Shown here: piece after piece, positions 50,760-62,962 of the stretch | How the letters are laid out: each line of letters starts with the position of its first letter | Numbering within the stretch: position 1 is the first letter of the stretch | NCBI GenBank assembly: GCA_904063045.1 | Contig: CAJFCJ010000005.1 | Coordinates: 3,935,689-3,999,688, forward strand | Direction of reading: 5' to 3' | Length of the DNA stretch: 64,000 bases | DNA from: Dimorphilus gyrociliatus | Lineage: Eukaryota; Animalia; Annelida | Position numbers and translations under genes: made by a program | The notes under the pieces: model-generated | The model's input: the letters and a program-made list of their open reading frames with translations, nothing else | The model's database searches: none | What the model was told of the DNA's origin: nothing

Positions 50760-53700
50760 ATGAACTGGCAAAGAAAAATGCTCAGTTCAATTATTTTTAT
50801 TTTATATTTAGGCGTCTCTTTCGGATTAGACGTCTGTATTAAACATGTTATTTAAAAAACAACACAAGTTTATATTAATAAATTTCTCATTAATTTCTTT
50901 TTTTCTTTGTTTTTCTCCTTCTTTAGGATCCTTTGTTTAATAAAAAGAAGTATTTGGAGCTGTCAGTTGTTTGCGATAAAGGATGTGTAAGCGTCTAATT
51001 TACTTCCTTAATCCTTTAATAATTACATAAAGTTTCGTTGATTTCCTTATAGTATTCGCTTTTAGTGAGGGGAGGACAAGATCCTGTTCAACATATGTAC
51101 AAACTAATTAGCGAAACTGAAAAGGCAAATAGTTTAAATTGTCGCTATTTAATCGTGAAATAGAATGATTGTTTATAGATAATGGCTCAATTAAATGTTC
51201 AATTGATTGTTACGGATATTGAAATTTGGAATGCGAAAAATATGATTCCTTTTAATGCTGATCTTAAGACTTATATGTTAGGAATGAGAGATTATAGGGA
51301 AGAGTCCTTGAACTTGAAAAGATGGTCCGACGCTACCTTGCTTGTTACGTAATGAATTTTTATTTATTTATCTAATTTTGTAGCGATTTAATGAATTTTC
51401 TTTTCTTTTAAGAGGATACATCTTCCGATCGGAGCTTGGATGGTATATGTTCGACGCTGTCTGCAGCAAGGGAGACGCAGTTGGAGTTGTTAGACTAAGA
51501 GGCTCTAGATTATCAAAACTCGAAGCTGTTCTTACTGCTCACGAACTTGGTCATGGACTTGGTCTAAATCACGACGAAACTGGTATAAAAACTATTCATA
51601 TGACTGTTATTATTAAAATGTTCAAAACTGAAAATTCTTAGGTAAAGACTGCTGCGAATCCGGAGATGGAAACTGTGTTATGGCTCCTATAGTGTAAATT
51701 TTTCAATTTGAAATAACGTTATTAAAGAAGAGTATCATTTTCATTTCTTTTACAACATTATAGGAGAAGTTCAAATGCAAAATTCGGTAGATGCAGTATC
51801 GAAAGATTTGCCTATCATATAAGACAACCATATAGAACTTGCCTATTTGATAAACCAACTTATGTAAGTCTTATGTTAGATGTTTAACAATTACTAATTA
51901 ATAATTATTAATCTTCTTTTTACAGGCTATGAACGTTAATCGACCAAATAAGTGCGGAAATGGTGTTGTAGATGAGAATGAAGAATGTGATTGCGGAGCT
52001 GTTAATACTCTCTAAAATCTCTTTTCTTCTTTTATCTCTTTTTATTTATTGTGCTTTTCAATGTTTTTTTAACAGAGTAATCTTAATAATTGCGCTACAT
52101 GCTGCGATATGACGACGTGCAAACTTTCCACCGGAAGTGCCTGTTACGAAGGAGATTGTTGCGATACATCTACTTGTCAAGTAAAGATAATATTTTAATA
52201 TCTATTATATGCTTATACGATGTTTAATTAAAATAGTTTCAACCATCTACGCATACCTGTAAACAGTCGGTTGGAGATTGCGATATTGCAGATAAATGTT
52301 CCGGTTCTTCTGCACAGTGTATCGATACTTTTAAATCGAATGGTCATGATTGTTCCGATAAACAGGGAGAGGTACATATTAAGATAAAAGAAAAATAACA
52401 ACCATGGAAGAATGCATATAATTAAAACTTATATAATTTATACAAATAGAAAGGTTATTGCCTTAGCGGAATTTGTTCTACAAAGACGATGGCGTGTCAA
52501 GCAGCTTGGAATTCTGGTTATTTTCACTTAATATTTAATAAATTCATTTTGTTGATTTTTTTCTATAAAAAGATTATAAGGCGGCACATGACTCTTGCTA
52601 CAGAACATCATTAAACTGGGCTAGTGAAATGAGTCATTGCGGTAGTCCGCAAAGCGACGTCTATTCAAAGTGTACAACTGGAACGTTAGTTTTTTTTTCG
52701 ACATTATTCTTTCTATTAATTATTTATTATTAATATTTTACTATTCTAAAGGGAAAACAATTTTCAATGCGGTTTGCTTCAATGCGATTCTGATAACACA
52801 AACTACGTCCTAGAAATACAAGGTTCTCAACGCGCTCAATCATATCGTGCTGGTGACAAAAGATGCTTGTTTGTATTATAAAAACGTTATAAATAAAAGC
52901 GATTTCACGATCTTCTTATTAGATTTATACAACATGGTGGCTGGGATATGGAAGTTGGTAAAGGTTCTGGACCCTATATGGTTCCTGATGGTACTAAATG
53001 TGGTGACGGAAAGGCTTGCTATAAACAAGCTTGTTTGGATAAGAGTCAGGCCTATGATATGATTGTAAGTGAAATTGAAAATCTCTAATAGTTCCGAGAT
53101 CTAAATTAATAATTTAGTTGAGGCATTTGAAATAAAAGTTGTTCTTTTTTTGTATAGAAAAGTGCTAAGGAACAGAATACCGCCTCTACTTCCATTTGCG
53201 GTAATGGCGTAAAAGAGGATGGGGAAGAATGTGACTGTGGCGCAACACAATGTGGTTGCTGCAATCAAAGAACATGTAAACTTGAAAAAGTTGGTTCAAA
53301 ATGTCTAACGAATGATTGTAAAGTTTGTGATGGAGCTTCAATCCATGTTTGTAAATTAAATATATATTGTATATATATTATTGTTTTTCAAAATCCTAAT
53401 ATGAATTATTGTTCATTCAAAGTGTCCAAGTGCAGCAAATTACAACAGAGCAAACTTCGAAAAATGTGATTCTGAAAATGGCCAATGCTTTAAAGGTCTT
53501 TGTAGGTCATTGAGACAAACTTGTAAGAAATATTTTGGAGAATCAGGTAGATATTTGATTATATTTTAGACAATTTTCTATATTTATACATACATATTTC
53601 TATCGCCAGCCGAACCTGATCTCCAACAGATCAAGAGAAATGCATTGCCTGGTAATTATCTGTTCAATGGCGGAGGATTTTTGATATTAAGTTCAGCTGG

Positions 53701-54253
53701 AAAAGTTTACAGATATTACGAATTTAAGCCAACAAATGGAGATGGGTAATAAACATCATTTTAAATTGATTATTGTTGAATAAAATATTGACTTTTATGA
53801 TTTATTACATAAAGAGTTTGCGGTGTTGTTCATTGTATTTTACCATACGGTACTAACCCGAAAATAAGTAATTACCCAACAAGAGGATATACTTCAAGGC
53901 GATCATCAAGTTATCCAACAAAGTAAGTTCTACTTTAAGTCAATTTTATAATCAATTTTTCTCTATGCTATCGTTTTAAAAAATTTAGGATGGCTTACTT
54001 TTCGAATTTATCACCATTTTCTATTCGAGGAGTGTCTCATAGAATCTACTACCCTCTTATGAATGAAATGGGAGCACCATGCAAAACGAATACTGGAGCA
54101 AGTGGAGTAAGACAAACTATTTCCCTTTAATTAGTTTTTCAATTAATACGCAATCTTCTTTCTTTATTTCAGTATTGTTGGCCTTGGTTTAGACGACTTG
54201 ATACTATGTCTAGGATTGTTAAATACTACTATTCTGAATGCTTACCTATTTAA
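50760..54253 (+). CDS. Secreted ADAM/reprolysin (M12B) metalloprotease-disintegrin, ~18 short exons, no prodomain or TM, duplicated disintegrin/Cys-rich module
   Basis: Signal-peptide exon 50760-50831. KKYLELSVVCD, HELGHGLGLNHD and Met-turn CVMAP. Disintegrin CGNGVVDENEECDCG...CKQSVGDCDIADKCSG and Cys-rich MVPDGTKCGDGKAC. A second CGNGVKEDGEECDCG at ~53190 is followed by a second Cys-rich-like part. Stop at 54251-54253. Confidence 0.88.
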
Positions 54254-56175
54254 GTAAAGAAAAATTACTTAATAGAATTCGGAATCAATTTAAAATTGTA
54301 TATATAGTATAATGGTTATTGGACGCACTACTGTATATGTTCTATATAAACATACATAAAAAATGAAAGATCTCTCCATGTTCAGTGAATAAAATGATGT
54401 CAAAATGTTAATTAAACTGGAATTACGTAATCATTTTCACAGATTTCAACTACGAAAAATTATTATTTAAATAATCTTTCAACTAAAATGAAGAAATAAT
54501 TAACCTTTGATTTATGTTATAGAAGCGATTATCTCTATCTTTCTTTTCTTTCTCCTTGAGTTTGTTCTCTTTTATTACGCATGTAAGAAAAAAGTGTCCT
54601 TAAATTAAAACTATATTAAAGGACATGTTATAGCATGCCATTCAAGGACTAGTTGGCTTATTTCAAATTAGTTAGAAATCTCATGCAGAAAAAAGCCCCC
54701 TCAGCATTTTTTATTTAGGATTAAAATGCTATTATCATTAAGAATGTCAATGTTGAAGGGCAATAGAAGATATATTAGATAGTAAACAATATTTGAAAAG
54801 CACAAACAAATTGAAAACTGATCATTTAACGGGATACTTGACATAATTATTTGACTAGTCCTATAGGACAGACAGTAAAAGTTAAAATATACATTAATAA
54901 TATATTCTATTGACGTTTATGGTTTATGCAAATTACGAAGATTATTAGAAAATTCTTATTAAATATTGAACGACAAAATAAAATATTATAGTCTATATAA
55001 CCTAATTAAAAGAGACCTGATTTTGGATATATTACATTAAAATAAATGAGGCAAAAAACAACGTAGATAAAGCTTTTGAAATGTTAGAATGGAATATTTA
55101 TATCATCGATGTTAGGTCAAAACTATATCACATTTTTTGCTGACATAAGCTAATAGAGGGAAACTAACTTTATTTTATTAATATACCAAATACTGCGCAT
55201 TGTAATATTCCGTCTCATTTTTTTTAAATAGTTAACTATGCCTAAATATTAAGGGAAAAAAAGCAATTAGCCTATAAGAGTTGTGCTTTTACTAAAGTAT
55301 ATTTGCATATTTATATTAGTCGATATCAGTATTAAAAGCTAAACACCTTTCTATTCAATATTTAGGAGTTTTTATAGTAGGTGAACTATGATATAAAAAT
55401 AAATCGAAAAAATCACCTTAAATCGTATTTTTCTAGGCCTAGCAAATAGTCATTTTGGCTTAAAGGCTGCTTGTGTAGAGCATAAGAAAGAAAAGGCAAA
55501 ATAAACGCTAAAGATTATTGGAATATTTAAATCTATTTTCGATTAGAATTAGTACTCAGGCAAACTGAAAATGAAATAATTAACCTTCAAGAAATTAATA
55601 GGTTTGTAACGTCTGAAATTATATACTTTATTACTGTACTCATTACAATTAATCGAAAGAAAGTAACGTTAGAAATAAAAGTATTTATACAATCTATAAT
55701 ACACCTGTTGAAATATAGGGAAGGGTAACGAAATGAGTAAAAATATTCCAAATGGTGATTGACAGAAAGAGTTAGAAAGAGGGAGAGAGAGAGAAAGAGG
55801 AGGGAAAAAGAAAAAAACGAGAACAGAATTGAGCGTCGAGTTTCAAACTGTTCGATACTGTTTCCATAACCACGAATAAATAATAAATATTCATAGAATT
55901 CACTGTAGCTGAATCAACTGCTTTTTTTTCCCGCTTTTCGAGAAACAATAAATAGAGGGCATATGAGAGAGCTCGAGTACAAAACACTTACAAACCTGTG
56001 TTCACCGTCTATAATTTTCGTTCTAAATGGATAGATAGATTCTTGCGGAAAGAGAGTGTAATTGAAGGAGTGAGTAAGAAAGAGAGAGAGAGAGAGCGGG
56101 AACGAAAGGAGAAGTAAAGCAGGAGTTAAATCCTTTGGTAAGAACAGGTAGAAAGAAAGTAGAAGAACATACAAA

Positions 56176-58803
56176 ATGGATACGTTTACCAAAATGGAAA
56201 CAAACAGCTTTTCGGATAAAGAAGAATATGAGATAAGATCATCTAAATCAACGGATTGCGGGTATTTTTTTTAATTATTAGATGTCATAATTATCTTATT
56301 TTATCTTTAATGTACTTCAGGTCAAACAGAAATAGAGCAAAGTTATTCTTAGTTGTTATCATAAGCTTTGTAATTGCCGCTATTATTGTTTTAATAGTTG
56401 TCGGTGAGTTAATTTCTAAGAAAGATATCCTATCTTAACAAGCAATTATACAATATATACATATATAATATGTATAATATTTTTGTATTTCTTTCAGTAA
56501 CTAGAGCTGAAAGACCTGATTCTAATAGTTCGATTGGTGGAGGTAAAGATATTATATAAAAATCACTGTAACTTAGATCATAGATTTCGTACTCTTTTTA
56601 CTTATTCTTTCTCCTTTTCTTTTTCTTTCAATCCTTTTATTTTTTACATTTAATTACGATTTCTTTGAATTTATCAACAATTCATGTAAACATTTTGTTT
56701 TTGTTAATTACCAATTAACAGTAAAATGCAGTTCGTGTAAATCTAATGGTAAGGTTCACTCACCTGCTTTCTTTAATTTTACATTTTATTGAGTGTTTTT
56801 TTAAACTAAATAACGGAATATATAAATCATTTTCAATGCTTTTATTTAGTTTGTCACTGGATTTTATCCTTAATCATACTGTTACGTAATTTAATCGGAG
56901 GAAGGCGAGCGTTAATAAAAATATTATCACGTTTTATTTCAGATGAAGATGCCTGTACGGATGTTAGTATTATTGGCGCTGGTTTAGCAGGTTCCTACAT
57001 ATCTTGGAAATTTAGAAATTCGTCAAAAAAAGTTCATCTTTACGAAATGAGAGAGAGACTTGGAGGACGTTTACTTGACACGAATTTTATGCCATACATT
57101 AATGAAACCATACCTGTATTAAGCAATTTTATCAATCCTGAGCGAGATACCAGACTAAATAGTCTAATTAACGAATTTGGTCTAAAGATTAATAAACTAA
57201 CAGAGAGAAAAGTTTTTTATTACTTAAGGAATCACTTGAAATCTGAAAAGAATAGAAATAATGGTAATCTCCCTTATTTCTTCGACGAAGACGAAAAAGG
57301 ATTGTCTCCAGAAAGTTTACAAAAGTAAATGATTCATAATTTTCTTCTTACGTTGCCTAAAATTGCAATTTTACAGATACTATATTGAGCAAATTTTAGG
57401 ACATTCGCTAAACATATCGAATGTATCTAGTTTATGTTTACTTAAGGAAACGGATAGGAAAGTCCTTTTGTCTTCGGAGTAAGTACATGTAAACATTAGT
57501 TATTGATATACTAGAAATGGATACATTGATAAATCTTTTTTTTAATTTATGTACATTCTTTGATCTCTGTACTATTTATACAGTAGTTGTATTTAATTTG
57601 CAGCTTTTCAAACGGACTAGAAGGATACGCTTCGTCCGAAGGCATTAATTGTCTATTAGATACCTTAGGTGTAAACGCTCCAAATCCAACAAGTAGTCTT
57701 GGATACCTTGGTGAATATTTAGCCAGGGAATTTACCGATTCCCATCAATTGGACAAAGCCGATAATCTGGCCGAATTACTTGTTAAAGACTTTAAAAAAC
57801 TGTAATATTTTTGTTTAGATATTTTCTATAAATTAACAAAATTAATAAAGATAATCTTTCATTAGTTCAACGTTCTACTCGCATAAATTGGAGCAGATAG
57901 AAAAGAAAGGTGATATATTCAGGCTAAAATTTACCTTGACTGCCAATGAAAATGGGCAATTAAAGAAGCAAAAAGTAAATATTACATATATAAATATAAA
58001 GGTATGTAACGTATGTTATTATTACAATATTACTACTTTTTCTTTAGTTGAGCTTTGCTTCATGTACGAAAAGGCTTATTCTTTCCACACCGAAAAGTTC
58101 TATTGAGGATATAGAATGGAAAGGAATTAAAGATGATAAATTGTTCAAGGAAACAATGAACTCTTTAAAAACTAGAGAAATAACAACAATACATTTAATA
58201 TTTAACGAAACAATTTGGTCGGATAAATTTTCGTGGATCACAACAGATTTACCTCTTCAAAGGATATCTCAAATTCCATTTATTAGATCATTTAATATGC
58301 CTGTACTTGATCATATTAATTCCAAAGAAAATTCATCTTCATCCCACTTGAATAACAATTCTACTACTGCTCCACCTTCGGGAAATTATCAAACACCTCA
58401 ACCTGTACAAAGTGATGAAAAATTGTATTTATTATCCATAGACAGCCACGAGAAGTTTTTTACATATTGGGAAAGCTTGAAGACTGACGACGAACTGTTG
58501 AATCATATAAAGATTCATCTTAGTCGTATATTCTCTGTAGATAGAAATGCCATACCAGATCCATTATATATGAGAAGAGCTACGTCAGGGAGTAAATTCC
58601 CATTCTATAGTAATAAATACTTATGGAATAAGAAAGTAGATTGGTGCCATATTAGAAAAGCCATGTTTAGACCAGTATCTCATGAACAAATATTCATTGT
58701 AAATGATTCGTTTGATACTGTTCAAAATCAACAAAGTTTAGAGACGCTATTAAAGAACGCAGATGATGTCCTAGAAACGTACTTTAGTGATTTTCTAACT
58801 TAG
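56176..58803 (+). CDS. Flavin amine oxidase / L-amino-acid-oxidase-like (achacin/aplysianin-like) with N-terminal type II membrane anchor
   Basis: FAD-binding DVSIIGAGLAGSYISW...VHLYEMRERLGGRL. Upstream exons encode ~35 hydrophilic residues, then LFLVVIISFVIAAIIVLIVVV. The last exon 58048-58803 has family-like LTPKS..IEW and IFIVNDSF segments. Confidence 0.75.
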
Positions 58804-58989
58804 ATTGTTATAGATTTCACTTAATTTATTTGTTAATGTATACATAATTGTTTATTGTCGTGTTTAGCCTTGACCTTAATTAAAATGTATTATTATTGAG
58901 AAATGACATGCAAATAATATATCAATAAGTGTATATACTGTTTAAACGTTAAAAAACGAATTGAAAGAATATAAAATCAATTATGAATT

Positions 58990-59817
58990 TTAATTCTCTA
59001 TTTTCATTAAATTTTCTAGTAAATCTATATAATTTATTAACTGACTACTTTCATCGACTAGACAATAATTAAACAAGTCGTTCACTTCGGATTCGGATAG
59101 CTTTTCGCCATGATTTATCAGTAATTGTTTGAGTACCTTTTTCTCTATAAAATTACTATTTCCTGGTTTAGAAAATGATTTGAAAGCTTCCACTAAGGTA
59201 TTTTTCTCTATCCAACTTTCCGGTTTATTAAGATAAACGAACAATGCAATAATATCAACAAAATCAACGCATGCAGTAGTCAAATTTGTTAGATTAACTG
59301 ATGGGTCATTTTCTATTGGTTCAATTGTTCCTTTTCTGTATAGAAGAATAGATCCATTTTCATTGAACGAAATAAAAAGGTTAACATCTAATTCTGGTAT
59401 GGAATATTTCAGGGAAAGTAGAGCAGAAGAAAATTCTGTATCAGACGGGTTTAAGGATAACGATCTGATTATTTTTACCGCTTCCGATGGTTTTATCAGA
59501 CCATCGTTATTCCTATCGTATAAGGAATACAACTCGTAGGCTTCAAGGAGGAAATGCGAATCTAATCTATTTCCGACCAGGTCTTCTTGAATATTTTGGT
59601 ACATTGATAGGCATCTTCTACTTGGTAATCTCACGGGTTGAATACAATTAAGATCTTTAGAATCTAAAGAGTTGTTCTCTTCAACAACTAACGCATAGAA
59701 GTTTTGATCAATTAATTGACTCTCTATGCTTTCACGTATCCTACTAAAAATACTCTTTTTACTACTGGAAGTTGTTGCTGTTTTATCACTAGAATTTTTC
59801 ATCCTTATTTTTGGCAC
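58990..59817 (-). CDS. Divergent calmodulin/myosin-light-chain-like EF-hand protein with N-terminal extension (true start uncertain)
   Basis: EF1 LEAYELYSLYDRNNDGLIKPSE, then IIRSLSLNPS (cf. MLC RALGQNPT), EAFKSF...LLINHGEKLSESEVNDL and INYIDL. Confidence 0.75.
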   Translation of the reverse strand: MPKIRMKNSSDKTATTSSSKKSIFSRIRESIESQLIDQNFYALVVEENNSLDSKDLNCIQPVRLPSRRCLSMYQNIQEDLVGNRLDSHFLLEAYELYSLYDRNNDGLIKPSEAVKIIRSLSLNPSDTEFSSALLSLKYSIPELDVNLFISFNENGSILLYRKGTIEPIENDPSVNLTNLTTACVDFVDIIALFVYLNKPESWIEKNTLVEAFKSFSKPGNSNFIEKKVLKQLLINHGEKLSESEVNDLFNYCLVDESSQLINYIDLLENLMKIEN

Positions 59818-59853
59818 GCTTTCAGCTGATAAATAAGAATAACATTTTACAAC

Positions 59854-59857
<4 letters not shown>

Positions 59858-59896
<39 letters not shown>
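59858..59896. repeat. (TA)n microsatellite
   Basis: Direct reading. Confidence 0.9.
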
Positions 59897-59898
<2 letters not shown>

Positions 59899-60334
59899 TT
59901 CTCTCTATACGTATATATCTTGCTCTTGCTCTTTGTAGCAATGAAATATACTTAATTTTACAAAGGGATAGATTTGTTTGTTGGTCAAGATATTCTTATC
60001 AAATTCAAATAAAATAGTGACTACTATTAAGAAATTGGGGAATTGTCTTGCGAAACGTAAAGCATCTATCGAGAAATTATACAGCACATTATATGTCGTC
60101 CTATAATTGATGCAAATGATGAACGGTAGGTGGCGTAATTGTGTCTGACCAGTGCCTTTTCGATGAAATCTGAACATTTCTGTTTGCAACTATCTATTTA
60201 TCGATCGATGAGACAACATGGGAAAGGATAATTATTGAAAGATAACTCTGAATTAGCATCACTTTAACCTACGACCTGTTAGGTTACAATTTCTATCGAA
60301 ATACAAGAAAAATTTTCTTTCTATTTATGTTGTG

Positions 60335-62377
60335 ATGAAGGTTATAATGATTCTCATAGTCTATAAGTTGGTTGACTCGTAAGTAGATAAACATCTATTT
60401 TCTATTTTGTTATGTTTTATGAACAAATGAACGATATGAAAGATATATGATAAAACAAATATAGTCCAGCATCTTAATTGAACGATACAAAGTAACTAAA
60501 TTGAGTAGCATCGTATAAATTAAGTTAATGGGTCGAAGAAGATTTCTACGTTCTATTTTTTTATGTTCCGGATTATCGGAGCTAATGATCCAAGTTTATT
60601 GGATCTCTCTAACGAAAACCTTATTAAGCTTTCACTAATAAATTAGATTTATTGATACTTTATTCCAATATACCATTTTTTTATTGCAGGCAACAATTTC
60701 CCGACATCTATAGACAACCAATAAACATAGAACCATCCTACGAACATAGACTTATCCATTATCTATTCAAGAAGTACGAAATAGCTCACAAATACGCAAG
60801 ACCAAGAAAAGTATGTTGATTCTCTTCTATTGCGCATACAATATATATATATATATATATACGTATATTTATATAATTAAAATAACAAGATATGGTCCTC
60901 ATTAACGTAATACTGTATATTCTATTTTTAGAATTCATCGGATGCGGTTGTTGTGGATTTTTCGTTAAATTTAAAAAAACTTTTAGATTTAAACGCGAAA
61001 AACCAAGCTCTAACTTCTTTAATTGAAATGACATTAATATGGACAGATGACTATTTAAGTTGGGATCGGGAATTATTCAATCAACTTCAAAGAATTCAGT
61101 TTAATGTTCGTGATATATGGAGACCTTCCATAAGAATATTTCAACTGTAAAGCTTCTTTGGTTTTGACGTCATGCTTGTAATTTACAGATATTTTCTTTC
61201 TAAACAGTATAGAGGAACGTTACGAAGCTAATCCGGTGATTGAAGCTGTTGTAGAGTGGAATGGCCGAATAACTTGGGTTCCCAGAGGAATATATACAAC
61301 ACCATGCGAAGTCGACGTTACCTTTTTTCCTTTTGATAGACAAGTAAACAAATTGTTATATTCTAAATATTCATCGTGTTGATATGATCTTTTCAATCAA
61401 ATTAGACATGTTCTTTGGAATATGGCAATTGGATTCATTCGAATGATCAAGTTCAAATACAACTTGGTTCATATTTAAATAATACAAATAAATTTGCCTA
61501 TTCAATTGACGAAGGAGCGGAATGGGAAATAACAAACGTTCAACAGGAAGTCTTAAACAATATATCTTATAATTTAGCTTGTTGTTCTAACGAAAAATTT
61601 ACCATAATGAGATTTCATCTAAAATTAAAGAGAAATGCAACATTTTTATCAATTGTCCTCTTTCTACCTTGCTCTTTGCTAATGATTGTAAATCTCCTAA
61701 CGGCTTTCCTGCCTCCAAGTTCATCCGAGAAGATTCATCTAACATTAAGTATTTTCCTTAGCTACTTTGTTCTATTACTTATCGTTATGGACTATATACC
61801 CCAAGGAAGTAAATTACCAGTAGTCGGTAAGTCTGAGTATTCTGTTTAATAGTAATTAAAAGTAACTACTATAAAGAAATATTTATATTTCTACAGGAAG
61901 ACTTTTCATAGCCAGTTTAAGTATTATTGCGTTAAATATTATCACTTCGGCCATTGTTTACAATATTGCCCTCAAAGGAGTTAGTCAAATTCACGCAAAC
62001 CAATCGCTAAAGGTAGAATATCAATTGTGAAATTTAAATATTTAATACTAGTGTTGTTATTCCATCGAAAAAATCCTACGACATGTCATATTATTTTATC
62101 ATTTCAGAATAATTTATCAAAATTAGGTCGATTTCTATGCATACCAAACGCCTATTATATGGTCTACATGGAGGAGGAAAACCATTTAGATACGCGTGTC
62201 AATTTGGTCAACGATCATGCAATAACCGAATTAGTTGATGAGAATAGTCTTAAAAGAGACAAAAAGCCGATAGTCAATTGGTTATTGATAGCGGCTATCT
62301 TAGATAGAATGTTATTATGTCTGTATATAATTTTAAATGCCATTACTGCCACATTTATATTCTCTCATCCAGCGTAA
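60335..62377 (+). CDS. Nicotinic-acetylcholine-receptor-like Cys-loop cation channel subunit (alpha-type vicinal CC), multi-exon
   Basis: Signal exon MKVIMILIVYKLVDS with tc|gtaagt donor, EHRLIHYLF..ARP, Cys loop CEVDVTFFPFDRQTC, loop C LACC, M2 SSEKIHLTLSIFLSYFVLL and M4 ILDRMLLCLY. Confidence 0.9.
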
Positions 62378-62962
62378 CAAATATTTCGAAAATTAGAACC
62401 AATACAGTTATTCAGTCTCTCTTTTTTTTATTTGTGTCGCCCTACATCGTATATGGACACATGCGCTGTCTCTTTCTCTCTCTCACTCTCTCACTCTTCC
62501 CTCAATAAATTCCATTTGGTTTTATATAGGCTGAAAAATACTTTCTTCTTTTCTCTTTACTTGAAAGCGTAGGCTAATTCTAAAAATATCTTAAGAAAAT
62601 ATAAGAGTAGAAAGTACCCAACTTAAAGTCTTTTAACATTAATAATAGTAATAATCGGTGGGTATAATAAATTTTTATTACATACCATATACAGTATATT
62701 GCTTATTGAATAGATTTGAATATTCATTCGTCTAGCACAGGAGACCATTATTCAGTTAACTTTATACCCTAAATGCTCTAAATATTCCAATCTTTAGATG
62801 ACAAATAGTTTGAAAGGATAGGTAATAGGCTCAGAATTTTTCACCACAATACAAATTTTTAGTTTAAGAGAGTAAAGAGTGTTCAACATACCTGTTCCGC
62901 GAGAAATTGTCATTTTTATATCTATATTTATATAGCTTAAGAATTATTATAAAATAAAAATT

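Noticed and set aside
60528-60610. Candidate nAChR signal exon needing a TG|GATCTC donor
   Set aside because: A better signal exon at 60335 has a perfect tc|GTAAGT donor in the right phase, so no non-canonical site is needed.
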